A program made the translations under genes and the position numbers. The notes beneath the pieces were generated by a model. It worked only from the letters and a program-made list of their open reading frames with translations. It did no database searches and was not told where the DNA came from. Below are positions 1-9,566 of a DNA stretch of 64,000 nucleotides, in pieces (within the stretch, counting starts at the first letter, position 1; each line of letters starts with the position of its first letter). Location of the stretch: the NCBI GenBank assembly GCA_965240465.1, contig OZ251219.1, forward strand, positions 224,001 through 288,000, read 5' to 3'. This DNA comes from a bacterium (GTDB taxonomy: Bacteria > SAR324 > JACQKK01).

Positions 1-1776
1 CTAATTGAAGGCATACAGATGGATAACTCGCCCATCTGGATGCAAAAACGTCTACAAGCTGCTGGCATGCGACCCATTAACGCGGTGGTAGATGCTACCA
101 ATTATGTCCTGCTGTCTCGGGGTCAGCCTCTACATGCCTTTGATTTCAACCGACTACGCGGTAAGCAAGCTCAAGCAATCGTCACGGTGAGACGTGCTAA
201 ACCTAGAGAGAAAATCCAAACCCTTGACAACCAATCACACCTCCTGGATGAGCAAATGCTACTAATTGCCGATGCTAAAAAGCCCTTGGCTATCGCAGGT
301 GTGATGGGCGGCAAGGAAACAGAAATTCAACCAGATACCACCGATGTACTACTGGAGGCAGCTAATTTTGATTTCCTTAACATACGCCGTACCAGTCAGA
401 TGCTAAAAATTCGTAGCGAATCTGCTGATCTCTTTGGCAAGCGTGTAGATGCTGAGCAAACCCTAGTAGCAGCCCTTGAATGTGCCCAGCTAATTACCCA
501 GCATTGCGGAGGTCACATCCACTCCCAAGCTGCAGATATATATACCTCCCCCAAAAAATCTGTAGCAATTGAGCTTTCGCTGGAATGGCTGGAAAGATTG
601 CTAGGCAAGCGAATCCCCACTGCGGAAATTAAACGTATTCTCACCGCCCTCGGGCTTAAGGTCACCGGGAACGACCCTCTTTCTGTAATACCCCCCAGCT
701 TCCGACAAGACATCTCTCAACCCGCAGATCTAGCAGAAGAAATAGCCCGCATCCATGGCTATAACCACTTCACTCCCACCCGCATGACCTCTCCCATACC
801 CCCTCCCAGAGACAACCAACCTCTACGCTGTCAAGAACACATACGCGACATCCTAGCTGCTAGCGGATTGAATGAAATCATCACCTACTCCCTGACATCG
901 CCTCAAGATGAACAAAAATTGCAAAATAGCTCACCACCTTCTACATCGTTTTCCTATCTGGGACTAAAAAAACCCCAAACCCCCGAACGCACTCACCTTA
1001 GACAGACCTTGCTACCAAGCATGATACGCACTGTGGCAGAGAACCTCCGTTTCTTACCGTCGGTAGCCGTATTTGAACTGGGAAAAGTATTTGCCCTGCC
1101 TGTACCCCAAAAAACCTCCTTACCCATGGAATCACTACGCTTGACAGCTGCACTTTGCGGCTTGAGAAACCAACCTTATTGGCAAAACATTGACCATAAT
1201 TCATCAGATAACTTTGACTTTTATGACCTAAAAGGCATCACTGAAACGCTTCTGACAGCCCTGCATATCGAATCCGTTACTTTCCGCACTGAAATTGCCT
1301 CATTGCATGCGGGATTTCACCCTGGTCGCCAAGCAGAAATTTGGGCGAATAATCGCTCGCTGGGATATATCGGCGAACTACATCCCTCAGCTGCGATAGC
1401 TTTTCAATTGGGTGGCCCTTCAGTCAACTTGCTGGACCTCAATGCCCAAACCCTGATTGACATGTGGCAAGAAAATCATCGCGCCCAGCCCATCAGCCCT
1501 CATCCTCCGATATATGAAGATTTAGCCTTTGTGGCTGACACCTCTTTGGCAGCTGAAGAAATCCGTCAACAGATAATCAAGGCTGGTGCCCCCTTGCTAA
1601 AAAATGTGCAACTATTTGATTACTGGGAGGGCGACACCCTGCCGAAAGGAAAAAAATCTCTGACCTATGCCCTCATCTACCAATCCCCCGAACGCACCTT
1701 GTCTGACAAAGAGGTAGCCAAAATTAGAGCTAATATTATCGGCAAATTAGAGCAAATGGGGGCCGTACTCCGCTAA
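1..1776 (+). CDS. pheT: Phenylalanine--tRNA ligase beta subunit (5' truncated by window)
   Basis: Frame is open from base 1. Contains GMRPINAVVDATNYV, GQPLHAFD, LLEAANF, DLAEEIARIHGY, FHPGRQA and a C-terminal FDX-ACB domain (DLAFV...GKKSL). Confidence 0.96.
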   Translation, partial: LIEGIQMDNSPIWMQKRLQAAGMRPINAVVDATNYVLLSRGQPLHAFDFNRLRGKQAQAIVTVRRAKPREKIQTLDNQSHLLDEQMLLIADAKKPLAIAGVMGGKETEIQPDTTDVLLEAANFDFLNIRRTSQMLKIRSESADLFGKRVDAEQTLVAALECAQLITQHCGGHIHSQAADIYTSPKKSVAIELSLEWLERLLGKRIPTAEIKRILTALGLKVTGNDPLSVIPPSFRQDISQPADLAEEIARIHGYNHFTPTRMTSPIPPPRDNQPLRCQEHIRDILAASGLNEIITYSLTSPQDEQKLQNSSPPSTSFSYLGLKKPQTPERTHLRQTLLPSMIRTVAENLRFLPSVAVFELGKVFALPVPQKTSLPMESLRLTAALCGLRNQPYWQNIDHNSSDNFDFYDLKGITETLLTALHIESVTFRTEIASLHAGFHPGRQAEIWANNRSLGYIGELHPSAAIAFQLGGPSVNLLDLNAQTLIDMWQENHRAQPISPHPPIYEDLAFVADTSLAAEEIRQQIIKAGAPLLKNVQLFDYWEGDTLPKGKKSLTYALIYQSPERTLSDKEVAKIRANIIGKLEQMGAVLR

Positions 1777-1887
1777 TTTTCTGCTAGTATTTCTGGTATT
1801 GATGCAGATCAATCTTGGTTTTTGCTATCATAGAATAACTTTGGGATGGGGTCCTTTTATGGAAGGGGCTAGTCATCTAAGCAAGGG

Positions 1888-2352
1888 AGGTGAGGTAGTA
1901 GAGTTAGAAAACGCGGGCCGCTGTTTATGGAGGGATATAGTCCCTTACATCAAATAGAGGAAAGTCCGGGCTCCACAGAGTAGGATGCTGGTTAACGGCC
2001 AGTGGGGGCAACCCCAAGGAAAGTGCCGCAGAAAATAAACCGCCGATGGAAGATAAGCCCATTTTGGCTTAAACTTCACAGGCAAGGGTGAAAAGGTGGG
2101 GGCTATCTAGCCTTAATGTAAGAGCCCACCGCGGCGGTGGTGACATCGCTGGCATGGCAAACCCCATTCGGAGCAAGTCCAAGCAGGCAGTGATAAGGCT
2201 ACTCGTCTTTAGTGCTGCCGGGTAGGATGCTAGAAATCGTTGGCAACGACGATTCCAGATAGATGGCCCGTAGCCAATGATGGCTCTGGTGCATATTGTA
2301 TCATCATCACTGGAACAGAACCCGGCTTATTGAAAACTCTGCTACTTCGCCT
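1888..2352 (+). ncRNA. rnpB: RNase P RNA, bacterial type A
   Basis: GAGGAAAGTCCGGGCTCC at 1957, GGAAAGTGCCGCAGAAA, AAGGGTGAAAAGGTGG, GGCAAACCCCATTCGGAGCAAG and ACAGAACCCGGCTTAT at ~2315. The 5' AGGTGAGGTAGTAGAGTT pairs with the 3' AACTCTGCTACTTCGCCT (P1). Confidence 0.96.
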
Positions 2353-2388
2353 TTTTATAGTCGCTTCTTTGCTAGGAAAAACAATAGC

Positions 2389-3243
2389 ATGAATAAGAAA
2401 ATGAATTCTTTGCCTAACGAATACCACAACCAGATATTTAACCGTGACGTCATGGAGGTGCTGCGTAAATTACCTTCTGGCTGCCTTGATATGATCTACG
2501 GTGACCCTGATTACAATGTAGGGATAAATTACAATGGCCAGAAATTCAATCGTAGCTGGGAAGATTATATTGATTGGTACGGTCAGTTAAGCGAGGAATG
2601 CATGCGAGTGCTACACCCTGAAGGCAATTTGTTTTTGATAAATTACCCTCGCCAAAACGCTTGGTTGCGGGTTAAGAAATTAGAATCTTTAGCCTTTGGC
2701 GTACATGATTACGCATGGGTTTATAACACCAACATTGGTCATTCTAACCGTCATTTTACCACTGCACATCGTTCTATTTTGCATGCGACCAAGTCTAAGC
2801 ATAATAGTTTTTATAAGGAACAAGTAGCCCAGCCCTACAAAAATCAACATGACAAGCGAATTTTAGCCAGAATTAAAAACGGTCATTCTGGCCGGATGCC
2901 ATATTCTTGGTTTTATTTTGATTTGGTAAAGAATGTCTCCCAAGAAAAGACCTTCCATGCTTGCCAAATTCCCATAAAATTATTTGAAATGCTCATGCAT
3001 TCTTCTACTAAGGTAGGCGATAAAGTATTTGTTTTGTTTGGCGGTAGCGGCTCAGAGGTAGTAACTGCCAAGCACGGGCAGCGGATATTTACATCTTGTG
3101 AAATTCACCCAAAGTACTACCGATTGATTGTATCTCGCTTGTACGAAGAAAATGTCCTTTCAGCGATCAAGTCTTCTGGGGACAGATCCATTGCCTCAAA
3201 GACCAATCAACAGATTCCAATTGGGTTGGATTTATTGCCATGA
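2389..3243 (+). CDS. Orphan DNA amino-methyltransferase (N4-C/N6-A, beta class)
   Basis: Motif IV-like DPDY near the N-terminus, H-x-C-Q-I-P (HPxQKP-like) segment, and SAM-binding LFGGSGS near the C-terminus. Start moved to ATG 2389 (AGGA upstream) because the longer ORF overlaps rnpB. Confidence 0.85.
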   Translation: MNKKMNSLPNEYHNQIFNRDVMEVLRKLPSGCLDMIYGDPDYNVGINYNGQKFNRSWEDYIDWYGQLSEECMRVLHPEGNLFLINYPRQNAWLRVKKLESLAFGVHDYAWVYNTNIGHSNRHFTTAHRSILHATKSKHNSFYKEQVAQPYKNQHDKRILARIKNGHSGRMPYSWFYFDLVKNVSQEKTFHACQIPIKLFEMLMHSSTKVGDKVFVLFGGSGSEVVTAKHGQRIFTSCEIHPKYYRLIVSRLYEENVLSAIKSSGDRSIASKTNQQIPIGLDLLP

Positions 3244-3271
3244 TAAGACCCAATCTGCATCAGCTTGCCTA

Positions 3272-4402
3272 CTAAAGCAACCTAAAATTTGCCAATGGCA
3301 TTCCTTGGGGGGATACAGCTAGTTTGCTTGAGGTAAGTTTTTTCAAGTTCACCATGGAGAGACCAAAAATATGCTCTTCAAAGGGCAGCTTACCGAGGCT
3401 AGTAATCTGGGCTACTGGGGTTTCTTCCTGTTCTGAGTTAGTAAAGGAGGAATCTTGAGGAGACCAAAGAAATGAATCACATGCAGAAGAATCCGGTGCT
3501 TCCAGCCAGAATGCTGCTAGCCGTTTTTGAAGCTTGCCCCGATGACGCAAGCGAGCATGAACTTCCTGACCTAAATAGCACCCTTTGGTCGCCGAGATAT
3601 GAGTATTCAATCCTGCTTCTGCAGTTAAATTAGCCGCATCATAATCCACTCCTGCCAAGGGACGCCCCACAGCAATACGCACCTCTTCCCAAGCTGCCCT
3701 TCCTGCCAGCTGTACCGATGAACTCAATAATGTTGCCAGTATTTCTTCTGCGTCTTCACTGGGCATAAATACCCAATACAGCGGTGGACGCGGCGGAAGC
3801 CACCAAATATCTTTGGCAGCTAGTAAAGGCATACCCTCTCCTCTTCCCCCAGTGGCAGATAACCCCCATGAGTGCAAAACTCTCTCGCTCTCCCTCCCAC
3901 TCAACCCTAGTACCAGTAGCGGTGCTTGACCAATCTCCACCTGCTCGCGAACTCTAAATCCCTCCAAATGAGCGGCTACTTCCGATAACTGACCACCAGC
4001 CGTCAATACTAAAAATTGCTCGCTATCCAAACGTAATACCTCAACCTCGTAAAGTGGCTTGCCATAACGATTGCAAAATAAATTGGGCTGAGTGTGAAAC
4101 ACATCTCTGTTTTCATCATTTTTGTCTGTTTCTCCTCTATTCTTACCAGAAATTGCTTTCCCTACCTCGTCCAAACCCGACAATCCCCGAATGTCGTTGC
4201 TGGCTAAACTATGCAGTAAACCCTCTGCATCCCGCCCCCGCACCAACAACACCCCCCTATCCTCCCACAACAACACCCCCGCACCTTCCCATAACGCCCG
4301 GGCTTCTGTTGACACATCACCATAATGCACCACCACTCCATCATTATTTAATACCCCTCCCTGAACAATATGAAATGCTTTCCAATCAGTGGTATTCATC
4401 AT
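3272..4402 (-). CDS. ygfZ: YgfZ/GcvT-family folate-binding protein (Fe-S/tRNA modification)
   Basis: Signature KGCYLGQE motif and GcvT-like N-terminus. Confidence 0.88.
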   Translation of the reverse strand: MMNTTDWKAFHIVQGGVLNNDGVVVHYGDVSTEARALWEGAGVLLWEDRGVLLVRGRDAEGLLHSLASNDIRGLSGLDEVGKAISGKNRGETDKNDENRDVFHTQPNLFCNRYGKPLYEVEVLRLDSEQFLVLTAGGQLSEVAAHLEGFRVREQVEIGQAPLLVLGLSGRESERVLHSWGLSATGGRGEGMPLLAAKDIWWLPPRPPLYWVFMPSEDAEEILATLLSSSVQLAGRAAWEEVRIAVGRPLAGVDYDAANLTAEAGLNTHISATKGCYLGQEVHARLRHRGKLQKRLAAFWLEAPDSSACDSFLWSPQDSSFTNSEQEETPVAQITSLGKLPFEEHIFGLSMVNLKKLTSSKLAVSPQGMPLANFRLL

Positions 4403-4544
4403 TTTATTAAGGGAAATTTAACAATAGTACTTACCAAGCAAGCATACCGAAAAAACCATCATCAATGGGTTTTTATCTGAAAATACTATATAATTGACTT
4501 ACTTCGTAGTTTCCGCATGGAGGATCTCATGTGTGTTAATTTTT

Positions 4545-6251
4545 ATGTTCGCAATTCATCCGCGAAAAATATCATCCCTAGGTCTCTACTGTCTGTTGCT
4601 TGGTACGCTTTTATTAGCTCAGTGTGACAGCAAAAGCGATAGCCCAGCTTCCTCCAATGAGATACCTCCTGTTACTCCTGAACCTCCTGTTACTCCTGAA
4701 CCTCCTGTTACTCCTGAACCTCCTGTTACTCCTGAACCTCCTGTTACTCCTGAACCTCCTGTTACTCCTGAACCCACTTATCCTGACGATCCTCTATACT
4801 CCGTACAATGGCACCTAAACAACGACGACGATACTGATATCAACGCCCCTGAGGCTTGGGCAATAACCAAAGGAGATTCCAGTATACTGTTGTCTATTGT
4901 GGATGATGGAGTAGTAATATCCCATCCAGACTTAGCTGCTAATCACCGTGCTGGCTACAGTTATAACTATATCGACGGTGGTAGCAATCCAGACATCCCC
5001 TCCAGCGATATTGCCTCAAAGCATGGGACATCTGTGGCTGGTTTGGCAGTAGCGGTGGGTAATAATGGGATTGGCGTCAGCGGAGTAGCTCCTCAAGTTC
5101 AGTTTTTTAGCGTGAATCTTGTACAAAGATACACCCTTGCAAATTCAACAAATGCCATTTTGAGACATAAGACTGAGACAGCTGTTTCTAGCAATAGCTG
5201 GACCCGTGGTAATTCAGGATTCTTTTATCAATCTGATTCAAGCTGGAAAATTGCTCTTAATGAGGGAATCACAAATGGCTACAACGGCAAGGGAATTTTC
5301 TACGCATTTGCAACCGGAAACGATCATACCGTGAATGGCGTTCTGGCAGACAACGCTAATTACAGCGAGCATAACAACCACTACGCTATAGCTACCATTT
5401 GTGCGACTAATGATCGTGGACAGAGGGCACACTATTCATTAAAGGGAGCCAATCTGTGGGTTTGTGCTCCCTCAGGCGGCGGTACCAATGGTCTGGTAAC
5501 AACAGATGAACCTGGAGGAGAGGGTTATAATGGTTCTGATTATAACAGATCATTTACTGGCACTTCTGGTGCTACTCCTATTGTATCGGGAGTGGCAGCT
5601 TTGATGCGTTCTGCCAATTCAAGATTAGGATGGCGAGATGTGCGTCTTATTTTAGCATCCACTGCTAAAAAGATTGATGGTAGCAACGCAGGATGGTTCG
5701 CAGGAGCTGCTAGTTACAATGGCACCGATTACTCTGGCCAGAGCTATAACCATAATCATGAATATGGTTTTGGTCTTGTTGATGCTGGATCTGCTGTGAA
5801 TCAAGCTTTAAGCTGGAACAATGTAGGTAGCATGGTGGTTATAGATGGCAATAGCGAGAGCATACCTGCCAATCAACAAATTATTCCTGACAATAACGCA
5901 ACTGGGCTAAGCAGCACTATTACTGTTTCGGATGTGAATACCAACCTTGATTTTATAGAATACGTTGGGACTACCGTTGAAATAAAAGGAGATTATTATG
6001 GGAATTTAGAAATAGAATTAACTTCACCAGCAGGCACAACCAGTGTTTTGGCTGAGCAACATAGTTGTTTTAGATTAGGAAATCCAGCAAATTGTACAAC
6101 TCCCAAAAAAAATATCTATTTCGGTTCTGCCCGCCACCTGGGCGAATCTCCCAATGGAGATTGGCAATTGAGGGTCGCAGACGTTGTTGCTAATAACGAA
6201 CACGAGATTTTTTCATGGAGTCTCAAGTTTTACGGTCATAAAAAACCCTAG
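4545..6251 (+). CDS. S8 kexin/furin-like serine protease with P domain, probable lipoprotein
   Basis: Catalytic D (IVDDG), H (HGTSVAG), oxyanion N (GND) and S (GTSGATP). Also has WRDVR, YGFGLVDAG and a C-terminal P-domain (GDWQLRV..WSLKFYG). Hydrophobic signal ends LLAQC. Start ATG 4545 preferred. Confidence 0.9.
   Translation: MFAIHPRKISSLGLYCLLLGTLLLAQCDSKSDSPASSNEIPPVTPEPPVTPEPPVTPEPPVTPEPPVTPEPPVTPEPTYPDDPLYSVQWHLNNDDDTDINAPEAWAITKGDSSILLSIVDDGVVISHPDLAANHRAGYSYNYIDGGSNPDIPSSDIASKHGTSVAGLAVAVGNNGIGVSGVAPQVQFFSVNLVQRYTLANSTNAILRHKTETAVSSNSWTRGNSGFFYQSDSSWKIALNEGITNGYNGKGIFYAFATGNDHTVNGVLADNANYSEHNNHYAIATICATNDRGQRAHYSLKGANLWVCAPSGGGTNGLVTTDEPGGEGYNGSDYNRSFTGTSGATPIVSGVAALMRSANSRLGWRDVRLILASTAKKIDGSNAGWFAGAASYNGTDYSGQSYNHNHEYGFGLVDAGSAVNQALSWNNVGSMVVIDGNSESIPANQQIIPDNNATGLSSTITVSDVNTNLDFIEYVGTTVEIKGDYYGNLEIELTSPAGTTSVLAEQHSCFRLGNPANCTTPKKNIYFGSARHLGESPNGDWQLRVADVVANNEHEIFSWSLKFYGHKKP
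4665..4772 (+). repeat. Perfect 18-bp tandem repeat x6 encoding (PPVTPE)6
   Basis: CCTCCTGTTACTCCTGAA repeated six times with no variation. Confidence 0.98.
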
Positions 6252-6383
6252 GGTCAGTTGTTTGACAATGTGCCGAAGGAGTGGCAACCTCAGCGAGTAT
6301 TTCTGCTCCCTAAACAATGGCAACGAATCACGGTGATTCTCACCAAAACCACTTCCTAGCGGTATATTTTTTTAGGAGACAAA

Positions 6384-7025
6384 ATGCAATTAAACACCCT
6401 GTTAATACCATCCCACCCTGTTTTGACCGCCCAATTAGGTTGGCAACGCAACATCCTGACGAAGGTTTTGTTGTGCCTAGGATTTGCTATTTTTACGTTT
6501 GCAATGGCTCAGTTGAAGATTAGGCTACCTTGGACGCCAGTGCCGATAACCGGCCAGACCCTGGCAGTGTTGTTATGTGGGATAACCTTGGGACCTCGTT
6601 TGGCAGCCGCGAGTATAGGATTGTATCTCTTGGCAGGTATATCAGGTCTACCTGTTTTTGCTGGATTCAAGGCTGGCTGGGCTGTGATAGTGGGTCCAAC
6701 TGGAGGATATTTGCTTAGTTTTCCGTTGGCAGCATCACTGGTAGGATTTTTTGCATCTCGCGGCTGGGATAGAAATCCATTACTGACAGCAATAGCCATG
6801 ACCGCAGCTTCTTTGGTGATTTATGCTATTGGACTGATATGGTTGGGCTATTGGCTAAGATTGGGAGGCAAATTGCCCGGCGGCTGGGAAGGAGCAGTAC
6901 GGACGTTCAACCTTGGAATGAAACCATTTTTGATTGGTGATGCCTTGAAAATAGTCTTGGCAATGGTGATAATGCCTTCCGCTTGGTGCTTTATTCCAGA
7001 TCGCTTCTTGTCTAGCCGGTCTTAA
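6384..7025 (+). CDS. bioY: Biotin transporter BioY (ECF S component)
   Basis: PVPITGQTLAVLL, GLPVFAG, GPTGGYL and PFLIGDALK motifs. AGGAG RBS. Confidence 0.93.
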   Translation: MQLNTLLIPSHPVLTAQLGWQRNILTKVLLCLGFAIFTFAMAQLKIRLPWTPVPITGQTLAVLLCGITLGPRLAAASIGLYLLAGISGLPVFAGFKAGWAVIVGPTGGYLLSFPLAASLVGFFASRGWDRNPLLTAIAMTAASLVIYAIGLIWLGYWLRLGGKLPGGWEGAVRTFNLGMKPFLIGDALKIVLAMVIMPSAWCFIPDRFLSSRS

Positions 7026-7091
7026 TCTGGCCTTTCTTAGACATTATGTTGTATGTCATGCGGAAACTGCTACGCCGATTAACTTAGCTGC

Positions 7092-7511
7092 TTAGTTGAG
7101 CCGAACTGGTTTGTTTTTCAGCAAGTAATCTGCTGTAGCTTGGTGTTCCACTCGTAGCATTCCGTTTTGGAGTGTACACCCTGGAGGCAGTTGTTTTTTG
7201 TTTTCGGCAAGGAATTTTTCTAGCATTTTTTCTAAGACACTCTCTCCGCCCAGAATACTCTCCAGAGCAGCAGGCAGTTTGAGCCCCAACAAAGTGTAGC
7301 TGTCCGAGGTCTCTACCACCTTAATGTGCACCGATAAAGCCCCTAATTTCCCCAGCATTCCAGGAGGACGAATACATAAACAAACACCATCCCCCTTTAT
7401 CTTGATATCATCAATCATGGCACCATTTATGTCGGGAGAAGATTTGGCTAATGCTCGTCCAAAAGCAGATAAAGCCAGGAGCAAAGAACAATCTACCTCA
7501 TTGTCACTCAT
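7092..7511 (-). CDS. Hypothetical protein
   Basis: 139-aa ORF with protein-like composition, co-oriented downstream of gltA. Confidence 0.55.
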   Translation of the reverse strand: MSDNEVDCSLLLALSAFGRALAKSSPDINGAMIDDIKIKGDGVCLCIRPPGMLGKLGALSVHIKVVETSDSYTLLGLKLPAALESILGGESVLEKMLEKFLAENKKQLPPGCTLQNGMLRVEHQATADYLLKNKPVRLN

Positions 7512-7546
7512 AATCAGACTACAATGCTATAAAGATGTGATGTTAA

Positions 7547-7813
7547 TTATGGTTGCCAGCGGGCACGTTCCAGTGTTTTCTTGCGACGCATCTCTTGAGC
7601 CAGTGCATGCAGTCGCTCTAAGTGTAACTGAAGTGGTGACCATTCCCAATTAGGATTTTGGTGCTCTATCTCCCTTAAAACTTCCAGCGTTGTATGCCAT
7701 TGATGTAGCAACTCACTATGATCATGTTTTTCAATAGGCACTTCTGGCGTGATTGGACCAGGTTGCTGATTTTTTTTGTCAGACATTATTAGTTTTTTCT
7801 CCTCATATCGCAA
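7547..7813 (-). CDS. Small hypothetical protein (start probably ATG 7786)
   Basis: 88-aa ORF. GAGGAG lies upstream of the internal Met (MSDKK). Confidence 0.5.
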   Translation of the reverse strand: MRYEEKKLIMSDKKNQQPGPITPEVPIEKHDHSELLHQWHTTLEVLREIEHQNPNWEWSPLQLHLERLHALAQEMRRKKTLERARWQP

Positions 7814-7879
7814 GCCATGACACGTCTATTCTGGTAGGTCGTAAGCCCGGATACATTGTCTACAACCATATGTGTAGCG

Positions 7880-9193
7880 TTATCCTCGTTTTGAAAGAGG
7901 CTGGAAATGGCGCTCAGTTGAGCCTGTATAAACTTGTCGGGGACGGCAAATGCGGCTTGTTTGATCTAGACGCATCTCTCTCCAGTGTGCAATCCAACCC
8001 GGCAAACGACCCAGACTGAACATTACTGTGAACATGTTTTCTGGAATTCCTATTGCTCGGTACAAAATCCCGCTATAAAAATCTACATTGGGATAAAGTT
8101 TTCGTTGTAAGAAATACTCATCTTTTAGAGCAGCTGTCTCCAATTCCTTGGCGATGTCCAACATAGGATCCTTCAGATTCAGCAATTTCAGTACCCTGTC
8201 AACATGTATCTTAATTATACGCTCACGGGGATCAAAGTTTTTATACACCCGATGCCCAAATCCCATCAATCGTATCCCATTGGTTTTATTTTTTACCTTT
8301 GATATAAAATCCTCAACCCCCATTCCATTTTTTTCAATTGCCCGTAACATTTCCAGCACTGACTGATTAGCCCCTCCGTGCAAAGGCCCCCTTAAGGCAC
8401 CTACCCCCGCGGCAATAGAGGTACACAAATCCGAATGCGAACTGCCAACCATACGCACCGTAGAAGTAGAACAATTCTGCTCGTGGTCGGCATGCAAAAT
8501 AAACAATATATCCAAAGCTCTTACCAGCTCAGGCCTGATCCGGTAAGACTGTGTGGGTAGGGAGAACATCATGTTAAGGAAATTCTCTGTGTAGCTCAAG
8601 TTGTTGTCAGGATATACCATAGGCTGATCCAGCATGTGCTTGTATATCCAAGCTGCAATAGTTGGCAGTTTAGCCATCAATTTCTGTGCGGTTAGATCAA
8701 CTTGTTCTGAGTCATATTTATCGGAAAAATCAGAATAAATTCCCCCCAGGGCCGCAACCGCTGCCGACATAAGTGCCATGGGATGAGCATGGCGACTAAA
8801 TGATCCAAAAAATCTATGGAACGCCTCTGGCAACAAAGTATGATTAGTAATCACATCTGCATATGCCTCTAACTGTTCCTTGGTAGGCAATTGACCATTA
8901 TAAAGCAAATAACTAACTTCTATAAAACTTGCTCCCTCACACAACTCCTCGATTGGATACCCCCTATATCGTAGTATTCCTTTTTCACCGTCTAGAAAAG
9001 TAATCTGGCTCTCACAAGAACCAGTATTCGCATATCCTTTATCCATGGTGATCAGACCGGTGCACTTACGAAGGAGGTTTATATCAAGTGCTCGTTCTCC
9101 TTCGCTACCCTCAATGATTGGCAATTGAAAATCATTGCCCCCATAATTAAGCTGTGCGGTTTTTTTATCCACTGATTTTATTGCATAAGTCAA
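7880..9193 (-). CDS. gltA: Citrate synthase (type II/hexameric-like)
   Basis: LHADHEQNCST, GPLHGGAN, GFGHRVYKNFDPR and YPNVDFYSG. Confidence 0.97.
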   Translation of the reverse strand: MTYAIKSVDKKTAQLNYGGNDFQLPIIEGSEGERALDINLLRKCTGLITMDKGYANTGSCESQITFLDGEKGILRYRGYPIEELCEGASFIEVSYLLYNGQLPTKEQLEAYADVITNHTLLPEAFHRFFGSFSRHAHPMALMSAAVAALGGIYSDFSDKYDSEQVDLTAQKLMAKLPTIAAWIYKHMLDQPMVYPDNNLSYTENFLNMMFSLPTQSYRIRPELVRALDILFILHADHEQNCSTSTVRMVGSSHSDLCTSIAAGVGALRGPLHGGANQSVLEMLRAIEKNGMGVEDFISKVKNKTNGIRLMGFGHRVYKNFDPRERIIKIHVDRVLKLLNLKDPMLDIAKELETAALKDEYFLQRKLYPNVDFYSGILYRAIGIPENMFTVMFSLGRLPGWIAHWREMRLDQTSRICRPRQVYTGSTERHFQPLSKRG

Positions 9194-9566
9194 TTTTATA
9201 GGCGGTAATCACTGTTATACTAAGCCATCTTGGCTTATAAATATAACAGTCCTATGTTATTCTCGCAAATTCTTAAATTGGGTACAAATTATTAAAAAAA
9301 ACTTGATTTATTGAATTAAGTCTGTTACGGGTGGAGGGTATGGTGTTCTGATTTGCGATCAAGGTAAAAAAAGACTGGTTAATCAGAGGCTAGGAAAGCC
9401 GTTTTTAGTATCTAGGGTAGGAGTCAAAAGTATCTATAGTTTTTCATGCCGTGCTCCCCGGCTTTTTGGGAGTTTTGGACTAGGGCTGAAAGAAGGAATT
9501 ATGGCATGTGTTTGCGATGATTGCTTTTTTCAGGCCGTTTAACCTCATTCATTAAGGAGAATAACA

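Noticed and set aside
2230-2427. ORF 2230..2427(-) and the 2296 start of the methyltransferase
   Set aside because: Both overlap the conserved 3' part of the RNase P RNA.
4624-4818. Leu-rich ORF (LLLLLN)n
   Set aside because: It is an alternative frame of the 18-bp repeat.
9440-9510. Possible structured leader (CATGCC...GGCATG) upstream of the porin-like gene
   Set aside because: The pairing is short and matches no riboswitch consensus I can recognise.
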